This document shows, one piece after another, positions 47,176 through 55,753 of a stretch of 64,000 bases of DNA. The position numbers were made by a program, and so were the translations under genes. Numbering within the stretch: the first letter of the stretch is position 1; each line of letters begins with the position of its first letter. Location of the stretch: positions 571 through 64,570 of the forward strand of contig CAIOTJ010000344.1 of the NCBI GenBank assembly GCA_903861195.1, read 5' to 3'. This DNA comes from an uncultured Planctomycetaceae bacterium (GTDB lineage: Bacteria > Planctomycetota > Planctomycetia > Planctomycetales > Planctomycetaceae). The notes under the pieces were generated by a model. That model was not told the DNA's origin and made no database searches. It saw only the letters and a list, made by a program, of their open reading frames with translations.

Positions 47176-48498
47176 TCAGTTGGAGGTTCCTGTGGCAGCC
47201 TTCTCGGCCAGCAGGGTTTCCACAACCCCCTGCAGGAATTCGGGGCCACGGGCCCCCACCACCTTCAGCCGCACCTTGCCTGTGTGGTCGATGAAGAGCG
47301 TCGTGGGAAATCCCTGGAAGTCGGGGACTTGCTCCATCACTGCGTCGCTGATCAGGGCACAGGGATAGGTGACACCGTTCTGATCGCAGAATTCCTTGAC
47401 GGTCTTCACGGCCTCGTCGGCATCCGCGCTCCGCTCCTTGTTCAAGCCGACGATCTGCAGACCCTTCTCCTTGAACTGCTTGTCGAGTTCGACGAAGTGG
47501 GGGATCTCGGCCCGGCAGGGGGGGCACCAGGTGCCCCAGATGTCAACAATCATCACCTTGCCGGCGAAGTCGGCCTTCGACACCTTCTTGCCGCCGATGT
47601 CATCGAGTTCGAAATTGAAGTCGAACGGCTCGTTGGCGGCCAGCAGCGAGTCAATTTCCTTCTGCGCGGCGGCCTTGACCAAGGCCTTGGCTTCGGTTTC
47701 GAAACCCGCCCACTCCGGCAATTGCCGCACGGCGGCCAGGTCTTCGTCCTTCAGCATCTGGCCGAGATCGTTGAAGCCGTAGCCCACCGCCTCCTTCAGG
47801 GTGGCGAAGGAGTCTGCGGCGCGGTTGTCGAGCGCTTCGGCACAGGCGAGATTGTACATCACCACGCCGGCGAAACCGCGGATTTGAGGGTTGTTCGCCG
47901 CGTCGGCATTCGCCTTGAAGAGCTTGCGAACGTAGCTGCCCGACTTCAGGAAATGCTCCTTGCCCGCCTCGGTCCCGCCCGCCTGCCGGCCGCGGATTTG
48001 TTCGATGTTGGCCATGGTCAGCGTGCCGTCGAGGTGTTCGGGCTCCTTCTCCAGGAGCTTTTCCAACTGCGAGGCAACCTTGTTGATGTCGGGGGGGCCA
48101 TTCGGATTGCGGAGTGAACCCAGCAGTTCATCCACGCTCTTCGGGTCCTCTTCGTCGGCAGGAGCCGGATCACCCGCGGGCTCGGTCGCTCCTTTCGCTT
48201 CGGCTTCGGCCACCTTCTCGGCGACCTCCTCGATCATCTCTTCCTCTTCTTCTTTAGCCACTTCCTGGGCGATCTCTTCCTTGATCTCGTCAATCATTTC
48301 CTTCGCCGGAGCGGCGGGGTCCTGACGGGCAACTTCGTCGGCGGCCTGGGCGGCGGCTTTGGACTCGGTGGGGGCGGCGGTCCCGGTTCCCGGGGTTGAG
48401 GTCGTGGAAGGAACGGGAGCGGTGGGCTGCGAGCAGCCGACGGCGGCCATCAACAGTAAGGCTGGGGCGAGACGACGCATCATGAAATCCTGTGACAT
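47176..48498 (-). CDS. TlpA/ResA-family thiol-disulfide oxidoreductase lipoprotein with long acidic/helical N-terminal extension
   Basis: MSQDFMMRRLAPALLLMAAVGCS provides the lipobox. About 270 aa of Ala/Glu/Lys-rich helical region follow. The thioredoxin domain carries WGTWCPPCRAEIPHF, and its C-terminal half is closely paralogous to the downstream gene. Confidence 0.8.
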   Translation of the reverse strand: MSQDFMMRRLAPALLLMAAVGCSQPTAPVPSTTSTPGTGTAAPTESKAAAQAADEVARQDPAAPAKEMIDEIKEEIAQEVAKEEEEEMIEEVAEKVAEAEAKGATEPAGDPAPADEEDPKSVDELLGSLRNPNGPPDINKVASQLEKLLEKEPEHLDGTLTMANIEQIRGRQAGGTEAGKEHFLKSGSYVRKLFKANADAANNPQIRGFAGVVMYNLACAEALDNRAADSFATLKEAVGYGFNDLGQMLKDEDLAAVRQLPEWAGFETEAKALVKAAAQKEIDSLLAANEPFDFNFELDDIGGKKVSKADFAGKVMIVDIWGTWCPPCRAEIPHFVELDKQFKEKGLQIVGLNKERSADADEAVKTVKEFCDQNGVTYPCALISDAVMEQVPDFQGFPTTLFIDHTGKVRLKVVGARGPEFLQGVVETLLAEKAATGTSN

Positions 48499-48827
48499 CT
48501 GGGGAAGTGTGGTACCGATCCCTGGGACCGCTGCCCGGTTCGGCACCACCTGGCGGGTTCCCGGGAAACAGTGAACGACAGTTTCCCGAACCGGTCGTGG
48601 AAATTCAACTGGCCGTACCGATTTTGTCGACTGTTTGGGCCTCTGTGGAGCGCTCTGGCCCGTGCCGTCCACCGACCGGGAACCCTCGGATGCGGCCTGT
48701 TAAAGAGACCCTTGTGTCACGTCGGCCGACTCTTGCGGAATTCCAGCCGACCGTCAGAATCGAGTATTTGAAAGAGACGGCCCCGCACTGCGCGGGACCG
48801 ATTCCCGGAAAGGAAAGACAGGCCGCC

Positions 48828-49640
48828 ATGGTGGAACGATTGCTGGAGGGGAAAACCGCCCTGGTGACGGGGGCTGGCCGCGGTTTGGGTCGGGCGTTCG
48901 CGGAACGCCTCGCCGCCCTGGGAGCCCGCGTGGGCGTTCACGGTTTCCGCGAACATGGTCCGGCCGAGTACGGAGAGGGGACCACCCTGACGGAAACCGC
49001 GGCTGAGATTGCCCGGGAATTTCGCACCTCTACGGTGCGTGTCCTGGGAGATCTCACGCGGTCCGAAGATGTTCAGCGCGTCGTGTCCGAGACCCAGGCC
49101 TCGCTGGGGCCCATCGACATCCTGGTCCACAACGCCGGTGGAGACATCGCCGCGGCCGGGGGCAAGCCCAATCCGAATGATGCGGTGTTCATCAAGCAGG
49201 AAGACGTGCGGGCAGTGCTCGATCGCAACCTGATGTCGACGATCCTGATCTGCCAGGCGACCGCCCCCGGGATGATGGAACGCCGGCAGGGGCGGATTCT
49301 GACCATCAGCTCGATCTCGGCGTTCGCGGGGACCGCCAACAGCGCCATCTACGCCACGGCGAAAGCGGGAGTGGTGGAATACACCCGCTGCCTCGCGCTG
49401 CAGTTGCGGGAATATAACGTCAATGTCAACAGCCTGGCACCGGGGGACACCCGCACGGGACGCTTCCTCGGAACCCGCCACGTCGACCCCGAGCGGCTGG
49501 CGACGGAAGGGACTCTCAAGCGGGTGGCCCTGGTGGATGAAGTGGCCCGCGTGGTGGAGTTCTTCGCTGGTCCCCTGGGAGCATTTGTCACGGGACAGGC
49601 GCTGCGGGTGGATGGCGGCAGCCAGTGTTGGCCTTCCTGA
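48828..49640 (+). CDS. SDR-family oxidoreductase
   Basis: MVERLLEGKTALVTGAGRGLGRAFA contains TGxxxGxG. NAGG and the catalytic S...YATAKAG (YxxxK) are also present. Start set to the ATG at 48828. Confidence 0.85.
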   Translation: MVERLLEGKTALVTGAGRGLGRAFAERLAALGARVGVHGFREHGPAEYGEGTTLTETAAEIAREFRTSTVRVLGDLTRSEDVQRVVSETQASLGPIDILVHNAGGDIAAAGGKPNPNDAVFIKQEDVRAVLDRNLMSTILICQATAPGMMERRQGRILTISSISAFAGTANSAIYATAKAGVVEYTRCLALQLREYNVNVNSLAPGDTRTGRFLGTRHVDPERLATEGTLKRVALVDEVARVVEFFAGPLGAFVTGQALRVDGGSQCWPS

Positions 49641-49719
49641 ACAGCGCTGGTTGACGGATTGCGGACAGTACGGCGGTTGCGGTTCGGCTGCCTCCCGACG
49701 CAGGTTGTTCCGCCACCGC

Positions 49720-50877
49720 TCAGGCACCCGCGATCTGACCCACCGCAGCAATCACCGCTTCGATATCGGTCGGCGAGGTGAAGGCACCGACCGAAAACCG
49801 GACGGTCCCGCCGCCAGCGAGCGTTCCCAAAGCGCGGTGCGCCCCCGGGGCACAGTGCAGTCCCGCCCGAACCTCAATGCCGAACGACTGGTCCAGGGTG
49901 GCCGCCAGTTCCTGGGGATCCCAGCCCGAGAGGGTCAGGCTGAGCACCCCCACGCGATCTTCGTCGCCTGGCGGGCCGTACAGAGTCACCCCGGGGAGGT
50001 CTCGCAGGCCGGCGATCAGTTGCGCGGTCAAGTCCCGCTCGTGCTGGTGCAGGCTCTGGGGTGAATGCTCCAGTACCCAGCCAACCCCGGCGTCGAGTCC
50101 ACACAGTCCGGGGGCGTTGTGATTGCCCGCCTCGAACTTGTCGGGAAGAGTCGACGGCTGCGTTTCGGTCTCGCTGGCACTGCCGGTCCCCCCCTGGCGA
50201 CAGGGGCGCAATTGCTCTTCGATTCCGGGGCGAACATACAACACCCCCGTTCCCAGCGGGCCCAGCAGCCCTTTATGGCCCGAGCAGGCCAACAGGTCGA
50301 TGGGGAGTGTCCCCAGGTCGATGGGCACATGTCCCGCGGTCTGGGCCGCATCGACGAGCACCAGCGCACCCGCCTCCCGGGCGAGGGTCGCCAGATCAGC
50401 CAGCGGCAGGATGGCCCCGGAGACGTTGGAGGCGTGCAGCAACGCCACGAGCCGGGGGCGGCACGCCAGCGCCTCCCGAAAGGCATCGATGCACACTCCG
50501 CCCTGGGTTGTGGCGGGGACCTGGGTCAGTCCGATGCCCAGGCGGTGCTGCAGGTCGTGCAGCGGGCGGATCACCGAGTTGTGTTCCAGTTGTGTGGTGA
50601 CAACCCGGTCTCCAGACCGCAACAGACCGTGCAGCGCCTGGTTGAGGACGTCGGTGCCGTTGAACCCAAAAACGATGCGATCGGAGCTCTCGGCGCGGAA
50701 CAACTCGGCCAGCCGGTACCGCGCCCGCTGCACAATATGTCCGACCGTTTGGGACGTGTTGTATCCGCCTCGCCCCACCGCCGCCCCGAGGTGTCTCTGG
50801 TAATTCTCGACCGCCTCCCAGACCGTGGCGGGTTTGGGATAGCTCGTGGCGGCATTGTCGAGATACAGGCGAGACAC
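49720..50877 (-). CDS. class-V aminotransferase-fold cysteine desulfurase (SufS/CsdA/NifS-like)
   Basis: YLDNAATSYP, HNSV, LVDAAQTAGHVPID and the PLP-Lys motif CSGHKGLLGPLGTG are present. The track ORF runs to 51018 but would overlap moaA by 107 nt. An in-frame GTG at 50875-77 (VSRLYLDNAATS) removes the overlap, so the start is uncertain. Confidence 0.75.
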   Translation of the reverse strand: MSRLYLDNAATSYPKPATVWEAVENYQRHLGAAVGRGGYNTSQTVGHIVQRARYRLAELFRAESSDRIVFGFNGTDVLNQALHGLLRSGDRVVTTQLEHNSVIRPLHDLQHRLGIGLTQVPATTQGGVCIDAFREALACRPRLVALLHASNVSGAILPLADLATLAREAGALVLVDAAQTAGHVPIDLGTLPIDLLACSGHKGLLGPLGTGVLYVRPGIEEQLRPCRQGGTGSASETETQPSTLPDKFEAGNHNAPGLCGLDAGVGWVLEHSPQSLHQHERDLTAQLIAGLRDLPGVTLYGPPGDEDRVGVLSLTLSGWDPQELAATLDQSFGIEVRAGLHCAPGAHRALGTLAGGGTVRFSVGAFTSPTDIEAVIAAVGQIAGA

Positions 50878-50911
50878 GGGGGCGTTCCGCGGAAGGTCGG
50901 GAGTGGAGGGC

Positions 50912-51901
50912 TCACCCGCCGATGGAGTACATCGGCCGCTGGGGCTGCACGAACCGCGCTGAGTTAATCTCGTGGCCTTCATTCTTCGCGGCGATGCTGG
51001 CTTCAATGGCCGCCGCAATCTCCTGGTCGGGGGCCCCGCCGCGCAACATCGCCCGGACGTCGGTCTCGTCGTGGCTGAACAGGCAGTTCCTCAGCTTGCC
51101 GTCGGCGGTGATCCGGAACCGGTCGCAGTTGCCACAAAACGGCTGGCTGACCGAGGCAATGATGCCGATGCGTCCGCGACCGTCGGCAAACTCGAATTCC
51201 GTCGCGGGAGCGTGCGGATCCTGCTGGCCGACCGGGACCAACGGCTGGACCTCCCGTGAGAGCAGGTCGATGATTTCCTTCCCGAACAGGACCCGGTCGC
51301 GTCCCCATTGACCTTCGGCGTCGAGCGGCATGAATTCGATGAAGCGGATTTCCACCCCGGTTTGGCGGGCCAGCTGGGCGAACGGGACCAGTTCGCCCTC
51401 GGTGATGCCGCGGATGGCGACAGCGTTGATCTTCACGGGGGCGAAGCCCACCCGTTGCGCCTCGCGGATGCCCGCCAGCACCTGCTCGTAACCAGTCCGG
51501 CGGGTGATCTGCTGGAACTTGACCGGGTCCAGGGCGTCGAGACTGACATTCACCCGTCTGAGGCCGGCGTCGAACAGCGCCTGCGCCTGATCCGCCAACA
51601 GCAGGCCGTTGGTGGTCAGCCCGATGTCGTCGATCTCGGGAATTGCCGCCAATAACGCGACGAGGTGGTGCAGGTCCCGGCGCACCAGGGGTTCCCCCCC
51701 CGTGAGCCGGATTTTCCGCAGTCCCAGGGGGACAGCGACCCGCACGAACCGTTCGATTTCTTCGAAGGTCAGCAGGTTGCCGCGGTCCATGAACTGCACA
51801 TTTTCGGCCGGCATGCAGTAGAAGCAGCGGATGTTGCAGCGGTCGGTAACGCTGATCCGCAGATTCGTATGCACCCTTCCGAAACGGTCAACAAGCGGCA
51901 T
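50912..51901 (-). CDS. moaA: GTP 3',8-cyclase (molybdenum cofactor biosynthesis protein A)
   Basis: LRISVTDRCNIRCFYCMP is the radical-SAM CxxxCxxC cluster. The C-terminal auxiliary cluster is CGNCDRFRITADGKLRNC, and the protein ends in the typical -GG. Confidence 0.9.
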   Translation of the reverse strand: MPLVDRFGRVHTNLRISVTDRCNIRCFYCMPAENVQFMDRGNLLTFEEIERFVRVAVPLGLRKIRLTGGEPLVRRDLHHLVALLAAIPEIDDIGLTTNGLLLADQAQALFDAGLRRVNVSLDALDPVKFQQITRRTGYEQVLAGIREAQRVGFAPVKINAVAIRGITEGELVPFAQLARQTGVEIRFIEFMPLDAEGQWGRDRVLFGKEIIDLLSREVQPLVPVGQQDPHAPATEFEFADGRGRIGIIASVSQPFCGNCDRFRITADGKLRNCLFSHDETDVRAMLRGGAPDQEIAAAIEASIAAKNEGHEINSARFVQPQRPMYSIGG

Positions 51902-51982
51902 ATGTCAGGGGCGCGAGGCGCGGTGGCGGGCGGAGACAGAAGGGAAATTGCGAGAGTGGAGGCAGTCTCTGCCTCGGATGGG

Positions 51983-52444
51983 TCAGGGGCCGAGAGCCGG
52001 GGGGGAGGTGGCGGTGTCGCTGGTTCCAGGGTGCACCCATTCTTGCGTCCCGTCGGACCAATTCTCCTGTTTCCAGACGGGAACCACCTCTTTGAGTGTA
52101 TCGATCAGCCAGCGGCCCGCTTCGAATCCCTGATCGCGATGCGGTGTGCTGACCGCGATCGCCACACTGATTTCTCCCAAGTCGAGCAATCCGAGTCGAT
52201 GGACGATCGCGACCTCGGTCAGGGGCCAGCGCTGGGCGGCCTGTTCGGCCAGTTCCCGCATCTTGGAGAGGGCCATCGGGGGATAGGCTTCGTACTCCAG
52301 TCGCAAGGTCTGTCGTCCAGAGGTGAATTCCCGGACGGTCCCCAGGAACAGCAGGACAGCACCGGCCTGGGGAGAACGGACCCGTTCGGTCAGCGCCTGG
52401 TAATCGATTGGCTGGTGTGTGAGTTCGATGTGTGGATCAGCCAT
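51983..52444 (-). CDS. moaE: molybdopterin synthase catalytic subunit
   Basis: Start at MADPHIELTHQPIDYQAL.... The motifs GAVLLFLGTVREF, VAIAVSTPHRDQGFEA and LKEVVPVWKQE follow the MoaE pattern. Confidence 0.85.
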   Translation of the reverse strand: MADPHIELTHQPIDYQALTERVRSPQAGAVLLFLGTVREFTSGRQTLRLEYEAYPPMALSKMRELAEQAAQRWPLTEVAIVHRLGLLDLGEISVAIAVSTPHRDQGFEAGRWLIDTLKEVVPVWKQENWSDGTQEWVHPGTSDTATSPPALGP

Positions 52445-52448
52445 CAGT

Positions 52449-52712
52449 TCAGCCCCCACTGACCGGGGGAAAGCAGGCGATCTCCTGGTCGGGAGACAGG
52501 GGCTGCTGATCACGGGCGTAATCCTGCCCGACGGCGACCAGCAGGTGGGGTCCCAGGGGGGCGAGGGCCGGAAACTGCGCGGCCAGTGCCCGCCGCAGGG
52601 AACCAACATTGGCGTTCTGGGGAAGTTCGACCTCTACGGGACTGGTTCCGACCAGGTCCCGCGCGCGGGCGAACAGTTGCACAGAGACTTTCATGTCGCC
52701 AGGGACTTTCAT
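52449..52712 (-). CDS. moaD: molybdopterin synthase sulfur-carrier subunit
   Basis: Small ubiquitin-like protein ending ...IACFPPVSGG with the C-terminal Gly-Gly. It lies 4 nt upstream of moaE. Two in-frame ATGs (52712 and 52694) arise from an 18-bp tandem duplication. Confidence 0.8.
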   Translation of the reverse strand: MKVPGDMKVSVQLFARARDLVGTSPVEVELPQNANVGSLRRALAAQFPALAPLGPHLLVAVGQDYARDQQPLSPDQEIACFPPVSGG

Positions 52713-55705
52713 GTCACCAGGAGTTTACGGCGGGAGATGCGCAGGCTGTCTTCCAGTTCGGGCATCAGTCCGTAGGCCAGAGCCAGCAACTTCAGCGGAT
52801 GCACCGTGGGGGTACTTGAGCCCTGTTCCATCTGGATCTTGCAGGAACTGCACTCGGTCACGCCCGCGACCAGGTCGGGTTGGCGCATGCGTGAAATCAG
52901 TCCCCAGCCGATCCGGATGGATGAGGTGAAGTTGTCGCGGGTCAGGCCCCAGGCCCCGGCCATCCCCGAGCAACCTGTCTCCATCCTAAGGACCTCCAGC
53001 CGGGGGATCAAATCCAGCAGATTGGCGAGGGGAGTCCCCTGGCCCAGGGTTCGCAGGTGGCAGGGGGTGTGATAGCCCACCGTCAGGTCGAGCGGACGAA
53101 AGTCGGTCCGCAGTTTGCCGATGGAGTGGAGGTGTTGCAGGTAAGCCCCCGCCTCGATGGTTTGCCTGGCGACCACCGCGACGTCGGGGTGATCGACCAG
53201 CCGCGGATACTCTTGCTGCAGGCAGAGCGCCGCGGTCGGTTCGGTGCAGACAATCGGGCAGCCTTCGCGGGCGAAGTCGGCCAGAACCCGCAGGTTGGCA
53301 TGGGCCAGTTCGCGGGCCGCTTCCAGGTCACCGGCGGAAATGAGCGCCATGCCCGACGCGGTCTGCTGCGGGGGGACATGCACCCCGATGCGATGATGCC
53401 GCAGGATCGCCACCAGAGCCCGTCCCAGTTCCGGGTCGTGGTGGTTGGCGTAGTGATCGACAAAATAGACAACGGGACGCTGGGAGGAGGTGAGTCCGGG
53501 GCGCGACAGCAGTTCACGCTGGATCAATCTCAGGAAACTGCGCCGGGCAAAGCCGGGAAGTTTCCGCTGTCGGGAAATGCCGGTCAACTTCTCGAGACAC
53601 CATCTCAGAGCCGGGTTTTCCAGAGCCCAATTGATGGGAGCCGAGACCGCACTGGCCACCCCCGCGAACTGGTGCAGGCGGCTGAGGATCCATTCCGCCC
53701 GGGGCAAGCCCTCTTCGACCACCCAGGCGGCCTTCGCTTCGATCGCGAGGTGCGGAATGTCGACATTGGATGGGCATTCCCCCAGGCACTGTTTGCAGTT
53801 GAAGCACAGATCCATCACCCGCTTGAACTCGGACTGCTGGGGGGCGGTCGCCGGCAATTCTCCGGTCAGCCAGTGCCGCAGGAGGTTCGCCTTGGCACGG
53901 GGGGTGGCGGCTTCGGTGGGGTCGAGGCGGAACAGCGGACACATCCGCTGTTCGGGTTCGCGGGAGCGGCATTGTCCACACCCGTTGCAGCGGCTGGCCG
54001 CCTCGAGGATTTCGGGTGGCGTCCAATTGAGCTGCAGTTCAATGGTCTGGGGGGGAGTTTCCGGGGCGGGGCGCAGATTGCGGGTGATGAGATCGGGGTC
54101 GTCGGTCACGACCTTGCCAGGATTCAGGATTCCCTGGGGATCAAACAATTGCTTGATCTCGCGAAAGACCTCAAACAACGGGCCGTATTGTTCGCTCACA
54201 TAGGCCGAACGCGACAGCCCCGCTCCATGTTCACCACTGATGGTTCCTCCGACCCGATGGACCACCTCGTACAGGTCGCGGGCGATCTCCGCCAGCAGCG
54301 GAGCCGTCTCCCGTGTGGGGGGGGCCAGGAACGGCCGCAGGTGGATTTGCCCGGCGGTCGCATGGGCGTACAGCGAGGCGATCACCCGGTGTCGCTGAAA
54401 CACATTCTGGGCGGCCACCACGAACTCCCGCAGAGTCGCCGGGGGAACCGCCACATCTTCCACGAACGGGAGGGGGCGGATCTGCCCCGGCAAGCGGGCC
54501 AGCAGCGGGACGACGGTCGTGGGCAACGACCAGAGGAAATCGACCTCGGAGGGGGTTTGGGCGAGCTGAAAAGCGAGTTGGTCACCCGCGATGTTCCGCG
54601 CGGCTGAGACGGCCAACTGCAGGCGAGCGGCCACTTCCGGTGCCGTTTCGCCCGTCTGTTCCACCAGCAGCGCCGCCTCGGAATCGGCCGGAATGAGCTG
54701 TCGAAAGCGGCTGTCGGCATCGCACCCGAGGCTGAGCAACCTGCGGTCGAGCAGGTCGCAGGCCGACGTCTCGTGAGACAACAATTCCTGCACGGTGCGC
54801 AGCGCCAGGTCCATCTGGGGGAAGACCAGCAGGGCCACTCCCACGTGGGGGGGCAGGGGGAGGGTTTGCAGGGTGGCGCCGGTGAACAGGGCCAGTGTGC
54901 CCTCCGACCCCACCAGGAAACGGGCGAGGTCGAGTTGGTCACCCCGCCGGATCCCCCGCAGGTGGTAACCGCATCTGTTCCGGAGTCCGGGGGGCTGATA
55001 GCGCTCGATCAGGTCCTGGTTTCCGTCGACCAGTTCCGCCAGACGCGCCAGCAGGTGGTCCAGGGGAGACGCGGGGTCCGCCGGAGACGTTTCGGGCAGC
55101 TCTCCTCGCCGGCCGGCATCGCCAGCGGTCCGGGGGAAAAAGCTGGAGGAAAGCAATTCTCGGCCCAGGGACAGAGCTGCGCCGGAGGCGAGCACAACGT
55201 CCAATTCACGGACATGATCGCGGGTCGAACCCACCCGGCCCGAGTGGGATCCGGCCGCGTCGACCGCCAGCATGCTGCCGATCGTGGTGATGCTCGAATT
55301 GGAAGGATCGGGGGCGAAGTACCGTCCCTGGGAACGAAGCTGGCGATTGAGATGACTGTGGATGACTCCCGGCTGGACATGCACTAACGAGTCATTGATG
55401 CGACGCACATTGCACATGAATCGGGAGAAGTCGAGAATCAATCCCGATCCCAGACTGTCCCCCGCGATTCCGGTTCCGGCTCCCCGGGGAAAAATTGGAA
55501 TGCGTTCCTGGGTGGCGTACCGGACCACTTCCTGCACATCAGGCACACCCGCCGGGGCGACGACCGCCAACGGAGTGATTTGGTACAGGCTGCCATCGGT
55601 GGAGTAGAGAGCGGTGGTCAGCGTATCGCAATTCACCTCACCCCGGAGCAGGGGCGACAGATCTTCCCGCAGCCTGCGGCGGCGTTCGTCAAGTTCAGTC
55701 GCCAT
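52709..55705 (-). CDS. fused FAD-linked oxidase (GlcD-like) + 4Fe-4S + CCG-domain (GlcF/HdrD-like) oxidoreductase
   Basis: The N-terminal FAD_binding_4 region reads VVAPAGVPDVQEVVRYATQERIPIFPRGAGTGIAGDSLG. The mid-region ferredoxin clusters are CNGCGQCRS...MCP and CFNCKQCLGECP. The C-terminus has two CCG-like repeats (...TEPTAALC..., ...TECSSCKIQM...). Confidence 0.85.
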   Translation of the reverse strand: MATELDERRRRLREDLSPLLRGEVNCDTLTTALYSTDGSLYQITPLAVVAPAGVPDVQEVVRYATQERIPIFPRGAGTGIAGDSLGSGLILDFSRFMCNVRRINDSLVHVQPGVIHSHLNRQLRSQGRYFAPDPSNSSITTIGSMLAVDAAGSHSGRVGSTRDHVRELDVVLASGAALSLGRELLSSSFFPRTAGDAGRRGELPETSPADPASPLDHLLARLAELVDGNQDLIERYQPPGLRNRCGYHLRGIRRGDQLDLARFLVGSEGTLALFTGATLQTLPLPPHVGVALLVFPQMDLALRTVQELLSHETSACDLLDRRLLSLGCDADSRFRQLIPADSEAALLVEQTGETAPEVAARLQLAVSAARNIAGDQLAFQLAQTPSEVDFLWSLPTTVVPLLARLPGQIRPLPFVEDVAVPPATLREFVVAAQNVFQRHRVIASLYAHATAGQIHLRPFLAPPTRETAPLLAEIARDLYEVVHRVGGTISGEHGAGLSRSAYVSEQYGPLFEVFREIKQLFDPQGILNPGKVVTDDPDLITRNLRPAPETPPQTIELQLNWTPPEILEAASRCNGCGQCRSREPEQRMCPLFRLDPTEAATPRAKANLLRHWLTGELPATAPQQSEFKRVMDLCFNCKQCLGECPSNVDIPHLAIEAKAAWVVEEGLPRAEWILSRLHQFAGVASAVSAPINWALENPALRWCLEKLTGISRQRKLPGFARRSFLRLIQRELLSRPGLTSSQRPVVYFVDHYANHHDPELGRALVAILRHHRIGVHVPPQQTASGMALISAGDLEAARELAHANLRVLADFAREGCPIVCTEPTAALCLQQEYPRLVDHPDVAVVARQTIEAGAYLQHLHSIGKLRTDFRPLDLTVGYHTPCHLRTLGQGTPLANLLDLIPRLEVLRMETGCSGMAGAWGLTRDNFTSSIRIGWGLISRMRQPDLVAGVTECSSCKIQMEQGSSTPTVHPLKLLALAYGLMPELEDSLRISRRKLLVT

Positions 55706-55753
55706 GGGGCGGGGCAGGGCTGGGGGAAAGGGACACGATCGGACCGAAGAAGA

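Noticed and set aside
48556-48592. Bulged inverted repeat (gggttCCcgggaaac-N11-gtttcccgaacc) in the divergent TlpA-long / SDR intergenic region, considered as an operator or riboswitch stem
   Set aside because: The structure is real: 8 + 4 bp with a 2-nt bulge. I could not anchor a convincing promoter on either strand to place it relative to a TSS, and no known motif matches. I note it but do not call it.
50878-51018. 107-nt overlap between the cysteine desulfurase ORF (to 51018) and moaA
   Set aside because: An overlap that long between same-strand genes is implausible. The extension is Arg/Pro/Ser-rich, whereas the in-frame GTG at 50875-77 starts 3 codons before the conserved YLDNAATS. I therefore shortened the gene, but the exact start remains unverified.
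51959-51975. Hairpin GAGGCAG-tct-CTGCCTC between moaE and moaA, considered as a Moco riboswitch or attenuator
   Set aside because: It has only a 7-bp stem with a 3-nt loop in an 81-nt gap. None of the conserved Moco-motif junction sequences is present, and no U-run follows it. It is most likely a minor mRNA stability element.
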